Virus record (IMG/VR): IMGVR_UViG_3300014043_000277 | DNA length: 64,000 nt | Origin: a virus | Taxonomy: Duplodnaviria > Heunggongvirae > Uroviricota > Caudoviricetes | Strand: one strand, 5' to 3' | Shown here: piece after piece, positions 38,612-47,632 of the stretch | Position numbering within the stretch: position 1 is the first letter of the stretch | Layout of the letters: each line of letters begins with the position of its first letter | The notes under the pieces: generated by a model | Databases searched by the model: none | What the model was told of the DNA's origin: nothing | What the model saw: only the letters and a program-made list of their open reading frames with translations | Program-made: the position numbers and the translations under genes

Positions 38612-39565
38612 TTATTTCTCCGTTCCAGTCGAATCGCTGGTTTCATCTTCTGTTTTCTTCGATTCTGTGCTATCAGATTCATCGGCAATTGGAAGCGCTT
38701 CATATTTTTTCAGTTCATCATCGGATGGAACTTTCAAACCGAGTCTGCTGGCAATATAAGAAGTCATGTCATCCTGATTGAAATCATCAAGCACTGCACC
38801 GTTAATGACGAGCAATGGCGTCATGAATGTTTTCGATCCGTTCGCATCACGATACAATGATTCATCCTTGGACAGATTCTCACTGTTCGCATCCACGTAA
38901 TTCTTATATTTACCGTCAATGACTTTCTGAGCGTTCTTCTTGCTTGCACCTGCTTTTTCAGCGTATTCCGCGATTTTCTCATCGGGAATGTCCTTGAAAG
39001 CGCTTTCATTCGGCTGGACGCCGGATTCATACATTATTTTCACGAAATCCAGATAATGATCAGGTTCCAGTTCCGCCATGCGATAGAACGCGGCTGCGAC
39101 ACGAGTTGAATATTCGGTGCCATTTGATAAACGGTTCAGAATGGAAATCGGCCAGCTCTTATAAACCAGTTTGCCATTATCAATCCAGTATTCAACGGCT
39201 GCACCGATTTCACGCTCCAATGCGCCGCAACCTGGGCATAATGGATCCTGTCCGTTCGTCAATACCGGTAAACCATTAATGGTGTTTGTTTTCGCGGAAT
39301 TCACATTATCCCATTTCTTGCCATCCTGTTCAATGCCATCCTTAGTGATGACAATGGCTCCATTACTGGTAACAAATGACGGCACGACATCGGCGGTTTT
39401 CGGCTGATGTCCCTTCCATATGAAAAATCCGCTTAACGCGATGATGAGAACAATGATTCCAACTGCTATCATTCCAATCATCTGCTGGCTACGTTGTTCC
39501 TTTTTCAGTGCGGCGAGTTCCAATGCTTCCTGTTCCGGTGTTTTCTTTTTAGTCCGTGATGCCAT
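38612..39565 (-). CDS. DsbA-like thiol:disulfide oxidoreductase, membrane-anchored
   Basis: An N-terminal basic region and transmembrane segment are followed by the CPGC active-site motif (DPLCPGCGALERE). It is adjacent to folD with a 3-nt gap. Confidence 0.65.
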   Translation of the reverse strand: MASRTKKKTPEQEALELAALKKEQRSQQMIGMIAVGIIVLIIALSGFFIWKGHQPKTADVVPSFVTSNGAIVITKDGIEQDGKKWDNVNSAKTNTINGLPVLTNGQDPLCPGCGALEREIGAAVEYWIDNGKLVYKSWPISILNRLSNGTEYSTRVAAAFYRMAELEPDHYLDFVKIMYESGVQPNESAFKDIPDEKIAEYAEKAGASKKNAQKVIDGKYKNYVDANSENLSKDESLYRDANGSKTFMTPLLVINGAVLDDFNQDDMTSYIASRLGLKVPSDDELKKYEALPIADESDSTESKKTEDETSDSTGTEK

Positions 39566-39666
39566 GAATGCATTTTCCTTTCATTGATATTCATAATATG
39601 ATTATTGTTATGAATTCAATGATATCATCAGAAATCAGAATATCCGTAATTGAAAAGGAGTCATCA

Positions 39667-41067
39667 ATGAAATTCAGAATTTGTCGCCGGTGGGGGGGTC
39701 TATCATATGGATTGATCTCCATGATAATCATTCTATCCATTGCATTCATGTTCCCATTGAACGCATATGCCTATAATACTGGTGGGATTGATTTGAATGT
39801 GATTGGCAATGAGAATTCGGATGCTGATGGAACCATTGGTGTCAATGATGACAATAAATCAAAAGCGATTAATAAGGAATGCGTCCCGTATTCAATTGAT
39901 GACTCCGTATGCAATGACAGCATTCCATTCGATAAAACACTGACGGATAAATTAAATATTCCGTATAAATATAAAAGACTTAAACTCGGATTGAATAATT
40001 ATTGTGATGGTAAGAAAAATGATTATAATAATTATATAATGTGTGGATTAACGTTCAATCCTGATGATTGGAATAAAACGTTCAATCCTTATGGTTGGAG
40101 GAATAGTCTTGATTATGGATATAATCCGAAACATAATGGACAGTCATTAACATTGCAAAATGTCGCATCATTCAATGATGCTAATGGCATTGAACATAAA
40201 ATAGATGTTAAAATGACAATTCTTGAATTTAAAGGCAACCCATCTATTAATTTACATTATATTACAAATGCAATTGGATGGAAAACAGAAGCCATATTTC
40301 CGAATCGCGAAGGTATGGAAATACAATTGGAATTATATTATGCTGGCACGAATAATCTGATTCCGAATGATACTCATGGTGTCACCGGGTTCACAGATTT
40401 AGATGGAAGAAAAACAAATAATTCTGATTATCCTCATAAAGGAGAAGTCATTGAATTGTTATCCGGATTTAATCATGTTTATGCTGTTCCGAATACTAAA
40501 ATAAAACGATTCGCGGATAATGGATTCGGAACATATTATGAAAATGGAAATAATGCTGATATTACATCCGATGATTACACTGGAAGCATGATAACAACGA
40601 CTTTCATTGGAAATACTTTACGATTCAGGTATACTGGAAGCGACAACTTTCACTCTAGCTCATTAGATTATCCTTTATTGCCGGAAGACATTAAATATAA
40701 TGTTAATGTTACCGCATATGATAAATATACTGGTAAACCCGTGAAATTCAATGATGGCAAAACCGAATGGATTCCCGTTTCCAATGTTTACAGTGGAGAT
40801 GATTATAATGTGAAGCCACCTGCCATCACCGGTTATGATTACACTGGTTTGCATGCTGGTTCAGATGCGTTGAATGGAATCATTAATGGACGCAATGTGA
40901 ACATTAAACTTGAGTATGTTTCACAAGTGGCATTACCGGGTTATCCGAATTATTTGCAATCTTTCCCGATGACTGGCTCCAATGGAATCATTCTTGTCAT
41001 CATTGGAATCAGCATGGCTGGAATCATAATAATTATAGTGAATAGGAGGTATCGTAATAATAAATAA
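39667..41067 (+). CDS. Wall-anchored surface protein (Asn/Tyr-rich adhesin-like) with a sortase-type sorting signal
   Basis: AAGGAG lies 6 nt before the ATG at 39667, upstream of a signal peptide. The C-terminus has FPMTG, then a hydrophobic segment and a basic tail (NRRYRNNK). The gene is AT-rich and is one of very few on the plus strand. Confidence 0.55.
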   Translation: MKFRICRRWGGLSYGLISMIIILSIAFMFPLNAYAYNTGGIDLNVIGNENSDADGTIGVNDDNKSKAINKECVPYSIDDSVCNDSIPFDKTLTDKLNIPYKYKRLKLGLNNYCDGKKNDYNNYIMCGLTFNPDDWNKTFNPYGWRNSLDYGYNPKHNGQSLTLQNVASFNDANGIEHKIDVKMTILEFKGNPSINLHYITNAIGWKTEAIFPNREGMEIQLELYYAGTNNLIPNDTHGVTGFTDLDGRKTNNSDYPHKGEVIELLSGFNHVYAVPNTKIKRFADNGFGTYYENGNNADITSDDYTGSMITTTFIGNTLRFRYTGSDNFHSSSLDYPLLPEDIKYNVNVTAYDKYTGKPVKFNDGKTEWIPVSNVYSGDDYNVKPPAITGYDYTGLHAGSDALNGIINGRNVNIKLEYVSQVALPGYPNYLQSFPMTGSNGIILVIIGISMAGIIIIIVNRRYRNNK

Positions 41068-41202
41068 TTCTTAACATGAACATTTAAGCGGAATGACATT
41101 AATCCAATCCTATCCATTGTCATTCCGCTTAACTTTTTTCATAATATTGGATTCAAATCTGAATCCAATGCAAACAGGATGAATTCACATGAAAATTACC
41201 GG

Positions 41203-41352
41203 TATGAAAATCCGCGAATTTTGATGCCGTCCACAGAGCACGGTATTTTCATCCCTGTGAACGAGTGTTTTAATTTGAATCGCGGAAAACCCTGTTTTTG
41301 ATATGTTGTTCATAAAACCCAGAAAATCGTCGTCAGAATCGAATTGAACGAT
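41203..41352. repeat. Intergenic repeat family 2, copy B
   Basis: See copy A. It lies in the convergent intergenic region between 39667..41067 (+) and 41510..43543 (-). Confidence 0.6.
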
Positions 41353-41460
41353 AAAAATCGCTCAATCACCGTGAACGAAATGCATAGTATTTTATTAATT
41401 GAAAATTATGTATTTTAGCAATCCGGGCATCATGTATTCAATGTCCACAAGTGTGGACAA

Positions 41461-41504
41461 AAGGAAACCGGAACCAGATAATATAAATGGTTCCGGTTTC
41501 CTTG
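41461..41504. terminator. Intrinsic terminator after the Clp-like ATPase gene
   Basis: aaggaaaccggaacc-agataatataaat-ggttccggtttcctt forms a 15-bp stem ending 6 nt from the stop of 41510..43543. Confidence 0.7.
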
Positions 41505-41509
41505 AATGC

Positions 41510-43543
41510 TTATTCAAATTTGAATGCGATTTTATTATCTATAATGCTTACATTAACATTAGCGGACAGACTATGTTCCAATCGTTTCTCCGCGAGAGGA
41601 TCCAATAGTTCGCTATTCATTGCGCGAAGAATGTTCCTTGCGCCGAATTTATCCTTACGTGAATTCTCCGCGAACCACATGCGGACATCATCATCAATGT
41701 GAACAATAGCTCTCTGTTCTTTCAAACGCTCAGCGAATGGTTGCCATTTAATGTCGAAAATCCGCGCAAGATCATTCACTGTCAATGGATTGAACACAAT
41801 GATTTCATCGAAACGGTTAATGAGTTCAGGACGGAATTTCTCCTTCATTGCCTGTTCAACCTCATTGCTTAACCGAGTGTCAATGTCAGTAACATCAATG
41901 GAAGTGAAACCATGTGAAACCATTCCGTCATCAGCCATTTTATCCGCTCCGAGATTAGATGTCATGATTACCATGCATCCAGTGCAGTCAACTGTTTCCT
42001 GTTTACCGGATGTGAGTCGTCCTGCATCCAATAATTGCAGTAGAATTGCGTCATAAATCGCAGGATCGGCTTTTTCAATTTCATCGAACAGCAGGACGCT
42101 GTTCGGATGTTTCATGACGAAATTTGATAATTGCCCACCCTGATCGGAACCGACATAACCCGGCATGGAACCGAGCAGACGGCTTACAGCCCATTTATCT
42201 GACAGTTCACCGCAGTCAATTCGCAGCATGTTTTCCTCATTGCCGAAAGCAGCATCCGCAATCGCTTTTGCAAGTTCAGTTTTACCGACGCCGGATGGAC
42301 CTGCGAACAGAACATTTGCAATTGGACGTTTCTGATCATTCAAACCTGCTTTCGCACGAATCAAAGGTTTGATAACCTTGTCAATGGCCTCATTCTGACC
42401 GATGACACGGGCACGCAGTTTATCAACGAGTTGTTGCTTGCTGTCAAATGTGAGCATGGAACCATCTTTTTTCTGTTGTTCATGCTGCGGTTGTTTATCC
42501 GGTTGTTGGCCGTTAACGGCTTTCTGAACCATTTCCATTATTTGATTCACTGCATCCTGCGGTGTTTGCGCTGAACGCATTGGAAGCATTGGCGGGATTT
42601 CATTATAATCCTGCATTGTCAAACCATAATTCTGTTCCAAATATTTGAACGCGGCGGTTTTATTAGGTCCACGTCCTGGCTTATGTGATGCGGCGTATTC
42701 ACCGCACATGGAGTCAATGATGGCAAGTGTATCCTCGAATGAGAAATCCTCAGCGGTTGAATTCAGACTCATGGCACGAGTCATTATGCGGATAATGTTC
42801 TCTGATGGAACCCATCCGAAACGTTCAATATAATGTTCACGGCGATCATTAATGACATTCACCATGACATTCTCATTTTCCGTAATGTTATTATCCGCGC
42901 AAATCGCAAGAACAGGATAATGCCCGTTTGATGGAACATTAATGCTTCCGAAAGTGAAATCCGCATGCATTTCAATCAATAGAGGGATTTTCAAACCGGG
43001 TTTGTTCAATAATGCTTCCGCGACATGCAAATCATCCGTGTATAGCATAACGCCTTTACAATCCTCAAAGCGGTAAGCGCGCAACCATGCGTCAAACGCA
43101 TCCGCTTCCGCTGTCCTGACCGGTTCTGACACGGATGGCAGAATTCTGAGCGTTTCACGCCCGGCAATGAGTTTCATGCATTGATTGCCAATTGTTTTCG
43201 CACGATATGCGAAATTCTTAGCGACGGTTGTCTTACCGGCGTATCGAGGGCCTGCAATGGCGACATACGGTGTGTCTCCTGCCGCCATGACTGCCTGCAT
43301 TGAATTCACGAAATCATCAATGTTATTCGGACGGACTGGAATTTCATTATCCGTAAGAAGAGGTTCAGTGAACGCATCAATCAGTTGACGTTTACGTGAC
43401 TCACGCGGAATCATGCCATCAGGCTCATTGAACAGCATGCTTTTACCATTCAATGTAATGTCAATGTCCGTGGGATCCTTACCATAACGTTCAGCGATAT
43501 CCAGAATGCAATCATCCATCCAATTGCGATTAGTTGAAACCAA
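41510..43543 (-). CDS. Clp-family AAA+ ATPase (ClpA/B D2-like domain) with an atypical N-terminal P-loop domain
   Basis: The C-terminal half reads VIGQNEAIDKV...VLFAGPSGVGKTELAKAIA...LLFDEIEKA...MTSN, a ClpA/B D2 signature. The N-terminal half has GPRYAGKT (Walker A) and VMLYTDDLH (Walker-B-like). Confidence 0.6.
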   Translation of the reverse strand: MVSTNRNWMDDCILDIAERYGKDPTDIDITLNGKSMLFNEPDGMIPRESRKRQLIDAFTEPLLTDNEIPVRPNNIDDFVNSMQAVMAAGDTPYVAIAGPRYAGKTTVAKNFAYRAKTIGNQCMKLIAGRETLRILPSVSEPVRTAEADAFDAWLRAYRFEDCKGVMLYTDDLHVAEALLNKPGLKIPLLIEMHADFTFGSINVPSNGHYPVLAICADNNITENENVMVNVINDRREHYIERFGWVPSENIIRIMTRAMSLNSTAEDFSFEDTLAIIDSMCGEYAASHKPGRGPNKTAAFKYLEQNYGLTMQDYNEIPPMLPMRSAQTPQDAVNQIMEMVQKAVNGQQPDKQPQHEQQKKDGSMLTFDSKQQLVDKLRARVIGQNEAIDKVIKPLIRAKAGLNDQKRPIANVLFAGPSGVGKTELAKAIADAAFGNEENMLRIDCGELSDKWAVSRLLGSMPGYVGSDQGGQLSNFVMKHPNSVLLFDEIEKADPAIYDAILLQLLDAGRLTSGKQETVDCTGCMVIMTSNLGADKMADDGMVSHGFTSIDVTDIDTRLSNEVEQAMKEKFRPELINRFDEIIVFNPLTVNDLARIFDIKWQPFAERLKEQRAIVHIDDDVRMWFAENSRKDKFGARNILRAMNSELLDPLAEKRLEHSLSANVNVSIIDNKIAFKFE

Positions 43544-43627
43544 ACCTGAATTCCTTTCAAATTACGCATTAACGTTTTCTGTTAATGTTCCTGTTTCATT
43601 TATTTTAACAATGCTATCATATGAGCT

Positions 43628-44578
43628 TCAATCATGCAAATAATCATTAATATAACCGATGAATGCCTCGATTTGAGTTTCAACCGGCAGTTCATGATAA
43701 GGATACATGTCATTGAACAGTTCAGTCAATGTATCCATTGAGCGCGTTGTCCACATGTAATCATAATGCCTGTCAAAACAACGATTGACATATTCATCAT
43801 ACAGGCACAGCATCCAATTCCTTGCACGTGCCATGTTAACATGACCGGCAGTCAGTTCATCAATGAAATTTATTGACAAATCATTCCATAATACATTATC
43901 CATATGCATGTTCAAACATGGATTCCAATCATGATGAGTGAAATCAATTGGATTCTGCATGAACGCAATAATATTATTCGCTTGCCCTGTCAGCATGTTA
44001 TCTTTATAAGCAAGTTTAATCATGGCATACCGATTGAAAACATCAAGAGTATTCAATGCATTCAATGCATGTAATGTCATATCATAATCCGATGCAATGG
44101 AATCACAAATCACATACGCGAGTTTACCATTGGAATAATCATAAATACGACTGTATTTGATGAATTCATTGAAATCAGTGCGTCCTGCACGTTGCATCAT
44201 TATGATTTTAGATGGAAAGAACGGATCGATATCAGTTATGTTTAATGTGAACAGCATTCTTAAATCATTCATTGTCAACCATGATGGAATTTCATCATGA
44301 TCATAATGACTCATCATGTTTCCAATGTGATTCCATACTGAACGCATGAAATCCTGTTCCGTGACCGCATTCATGGCATCATGCATGTCATCATGAAACC
44401 ATTCATACGCATCAATGGCATCGGATTGTTCAATGATGATGCGTTTCCTATCATTGAATGGCAACGCATCATAATCATTCCTGTCCAAGGATTTCCTCCT
44501 GTTCATCAATGATTCTGACGAGCGCCCCGTGTATTTCATCCGTGTCATCAGTGAGTATGCAAGTGTTGAACACTGCAT
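43628..44578 (-). CDS. Hypothetical acidic ORFan
   Basis: 316-aa ORF in an operon with the Clp-like ATPase. Confidence 0.35.
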   Translation of the reverse strand: MQCSTLAYSLMTRMKYTGRSSESLMNRRKSLDRNDYDALPFNDRKRIIIEQSDAIDAYEWFHDDMHDAMNAVTEQDFMRSVWNHIGNMMSHYDHDEIPSWLTMNDLRMLFTLNITDIDPFFPSKIIMMQRAGRTDFNEFIKYSRIYDYSNGKLAYVICDSIASDYDMTLHALNALNTLDVFNRYAMIKLAYKDNMLTGQANNIIAFMQNPIDFTHHDWNPCLNMHMDNVLWNDLSINFIDELTAGHVNMARARNWMLCLYDEYVNRCFDRHYDYMWTTRSMDTLTELFNDMYPYHELPVETQIEAFIGYINDYLHD

Positions 44579-45749
44579 GCAATGTGTCAGCGAGCATGTT
44601 CATGCCGAAATCAATGGATAATGCTTCACGGTAATCCGCATCCAATTCATCCCATGCATGAATGAACCTGAACACAAGTGAATTCATGCCATCAGTAGGA
44701 TAATCATAACGCATGTAATCCATTAGTCGAATGACTGCCATGCTATCACCATCCGGCATGTTCATGGTTTCACGGTAATTCCGGATGAGCATTGTGATGT
44801 ATTTCATTCCGCGTTTCTCATCGGATGGCTCAGGATTAATGCTCATATTATTGTGATCATGAATCCATCGTCCCAGTGAAATAAGCGCTTTCGCTTGCGA
44901 GCCATATTTATGAACATAATCCTGCTGTGCAATCATTGGCTTTGAACGTGTCCCGCTATTATGAATGCAACTGATTGCGAATTTATCATCTGATTCAAGA
45001 ATGTCCTTGATTGCCTTGTATGCAATGGCGTCATCAGCGGATTCAAACGCAATGACTGCCAGCGGGAATGAATCATCCCATGCTGAATTCTTATCATGAT
45101 TCATGGTTTCATCCTGAACCTGATTCTTATTTTCATTGGAATCCTCAGAATGATAATTTTCATCTGATTCATCATTGGTTTCAATTGGAACGAAACATGT
45201 TCCATCATCCTGAATAACCGTATTATCATTGGTTTCAATGGATTCATCTGATTCAGAAACCGGTTTGCCATCAAGCAATGGAACGAATTCCTCATCTGGT
45301 TCTTTCATGGAATCATAATAAGCGCCGATTTCAAGCAAATCATCAGTGAAACCATTTTCAATGAGATTAATGAAATAATCAATATGATTCAAAAACCTGC
45401 TGTTATCAACGGTATCGGAATGTTCAAAAATCCATAGCCATGCATCGACATGATTATCCATGCTGTTAATAATGTTTTCATTAATGGAATCAGTGAATGA
45501 TTCTGAAATCATTTCAACGACCTGTTTCCATTTACGTGGAATGAATCCATCCAAGTCCTCCGGTGTCGTGGAATCAGGGACATTCGAGAGACGTTCAATG
45601 ATTCCAGTCAAACGTTCACTGTCATCCTGTGGAAGTTCACGCAGAACAGCTCCTGTTCTTGCAACATACACGTTAGTCTGCTGCGCGATGGGACCATATG
45701 GATGCGCCGCGCAATACTTGTCATACATTTCATTGATAGCATTAGTCAT
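44475..45749 (-). CDS. Hypothetical acidic ORFan
   Basis: 424-aa ORF, very rich in Asp/Glu/Asn. It overlaps its neighbour by about 100 nt, so the start or stop is uncertain. Confidence 0.35.
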   Translation of the reverse strand: MTNAINEMYDKYCAAHPYGPIAQQTNVYVARTGAVLRELPQDDSERLTGIIERLSNVPDSTTPEDLDGFIPRKWKQVVEMISESFTDSINENIINSMDNHVDAWLWIFEHSDTVDNSRFLNHIDYFINLIENGFTDDLLEIGAYYDSMKEPDEEFVPLLDGKPVSESDESIETNDNTVIQDDGTCFVPIETNDESDENYHSEDSNENKNQVQDETMNHDKNSAWDDSFPLAVIAFESADDAIAYKAIKDILESDDKFAISCIHNSGTRSKPMIAQQDYVHKYGSQAKALISLGRWIHDHNNMSINPEPSDEKRGMKYITMLIRNYRETMNMPDGDSMAVIRLMDYMRYDYPTDGMNSLVFRFIHAWDELDADYREALSIDFGMNMLADTLHAVFNTCILTDDTDEIHGALVRIIDEQEEILGQE

Positions 45750-45782
45750 GTCATCAATGATAACATATGATGAATTATGTTG

Positions 45783-46628
45783 TCAAATGAGCGGATAATC
45801 ATTATCGTTAATGTCAAAAGCGATGAGTTTCAATCGTTGTTCGATATATTCCTGCGGCATTCCATCGGAATCATTCATCACGTCAATCAAATCAATGGTA
45901 GCCTGAGTCAAATCATGGGTTCCGAACCATTCCGGTTCACGTTTCAAATCAGAAATGAGCATGCTCAATAACGGAATCATGTTATCATATGCTTTCATGT
46001 AACCATAATCGGTCAAACCGGCATCATAAACCATGTTCAATGGTTTGCATCCCATGCATGATTTCAATCGTTCCAAATCATCATGTGAAATAATGGCTTT
46101 ATTGCGTTTACGTATTATTTCCAATGAAATCACATGGTTTATTTCAGTTTCCGCGCGTCCAGTGATTATGACAGGATTCTCGACTGCTTGTTTCATGATG
46201 TAATCATTGATGGCATTGGATTCATGGCATGCGGTTGAAATGTTCTGATATTGTTCCGGCGTGTCAGCGAACATCGCGTGATAAGGATTCGGATGGAATG
46301 AAAGATGATAGAATGAACGCATGTATTCAGAATGATCATCCATGATGCCATTATTGATGAGCCATTCGTCGCGTTCCATTTCATCCAGCGCGTTGAAATC
46401 AGCCGGAATGCCACCAATGAACGCATTGGATGCATTATGAATCATGATGAAATCAATCATGCTGTCATCATTCCAATCCGATGAAATAAACCGTTTCAAA
46501 TCATCAACGACATGCTCATCATCCTTCACATAACCGAGGAATTTCCTCATGAAACCAGCATGAACCTCATCAAACGATTCATCAAGAATCCTATGAAAAT
46601 TCTCAGCAACAACCCATTTTTCCGTCAT
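45783..46628 (-). CDS. Hypothetical acidic ORFan
   Basis: 281-aa ORF. Confidence 0.35.
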   Translation of the reverse strand: MTEKWVVAENFHRILDESFDEVHAGFMRKFLGYVKDDEHVVDDLKRFISSDWNDDSMIDFIMIHNASNAFIGGIPADFNALDEMERDEWLINNGIMDDHSEYMRSFYHLSFHPNPYHAMFADTPEQYQNISTACHESNAINDYIMKQAVENPVIITGRAETEINHVISLEIIRKRNKAIISHDDLERLKSCMGCKPLNMVYDAGLTDYGYMKAYDNMIPLLSMLISDLKREPEWFGTHDLTQATIDLIDVMNDSDGMPQEYIEQRLKLIAFDINDNDYPLI

Positions 46629-47542
46629 GCCTGCAATGATAATACGGAAATCATGGCATTCACAGATTCGTCATTGGTCCTTCTGCGTATTTTCACCGGT
46701 GGAATCACATGATTCAACAATACTGGTTTCAGCATGCCGGTTCTGATTCCAGTCAGGAAACCATCGATTTGCAGACAGCATGCCGTCAATGAAATCATAT
46801 CCTTGAACAGGAACGGTTCGCCGGAAAGTTCACGTATGATGCTGCGGCGCATTTCCGGATTATATCGGAAACGTTCAGTTTCCCATGATTCCGAATTGAT
46901 ATCCTCATCGGTCATATTGAATCGTTTAATCACGCCATAATCATCCATGTCAACTGTTATGACATGGAATCGGGATGGTTTATGGACATGCCATTCATCA
47001 GTGCCATGTTCAATCGCGGAACCGATATCCATTCCGAACCATGCCGCGTATTCCCTTGCATGCCTAATCATTGAACGCATGCCATCATTGGAATCATTCA
47101 TCATGAGAACAGGATCTGTTATGTTATGCATAATACGGTAATCATACATGTCGGATGCTATTCCCATCATCAAACCATATACTTCCCGTGTTTCGTCATA
47201 AACTGAATTCAATGCCGCCAATGCCGACAGCATACGCGCGTAATCATACGGTAAATGGCTTTCTAACAGCCGATCAGCCTCATACCATATCAGTTCATAC
47301 ATGTCATCATAAAACCCGTAGGAAAGGCGTTTAAGCATGAAATCGGCATCATTACGATATATTCTGCCAGCGTGTTCCCATGCTTCCTTTTCTTTCCTGT
47401 TCGCATGGTCATAATGACTGCAATTATCATCATTGCATGCAATGAAATCATTCCCTGAAATCCTGCCATAACGGACGGCATCATCGTCATCAATCACAAT
47501 CATATATCTATCAAAATCAATATTTTCATTATGTTCAATCAA
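46625..47542 (-). CDS. Hypothetical acidic ORFan
   Basis: 305-aa ORF whose stop overlaps the start of the next gene by 4 nt. Confidence 0.35.
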   Translation of the reverse strand: MIEHNENIDFDRYMIVIDDDDAVRYGRISGNDFIACNDDNCSHYDHANRKEKEAWEHAGRIYRNDADFMLKRLSYGFYDDMYELIWYEADRLLESHLPYDYARMLSALAALNSVYDETREVYGLMMGIASDMYDYRIMHNITDPVLMMNDSNDGMRSMIRHAREYAAWFGMDIGSAIEHGTDEWHVHKPSRFHVITVDMDDYGVIKRFNMTDEDINSESWETERFRYNPEMRRSIIRELSGEPFLFKDMISLTACCLQIDGFLTGIRTGMLKPVLLNHVIPPVKIRRRTNDESVNAMISVLSLQA

Positions 47543-47552
47543 TAATAGTATG

Positions 47553-47591
47553 AAAAAAAACGGAACGGGTTCATTTCCCGTTCCGTTTTTT
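47553..47591. terminator. Bidirectional intrinsic terminator
   Basis: aaaaaaaacggaacggg-ttcattt-cccgttccgtttttt. Confidence 0.75.
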
Positions 47592-47632
47592 CATCAGTTA
47601 GTCAACATGCATTCACATGTTAACATTTGTCA

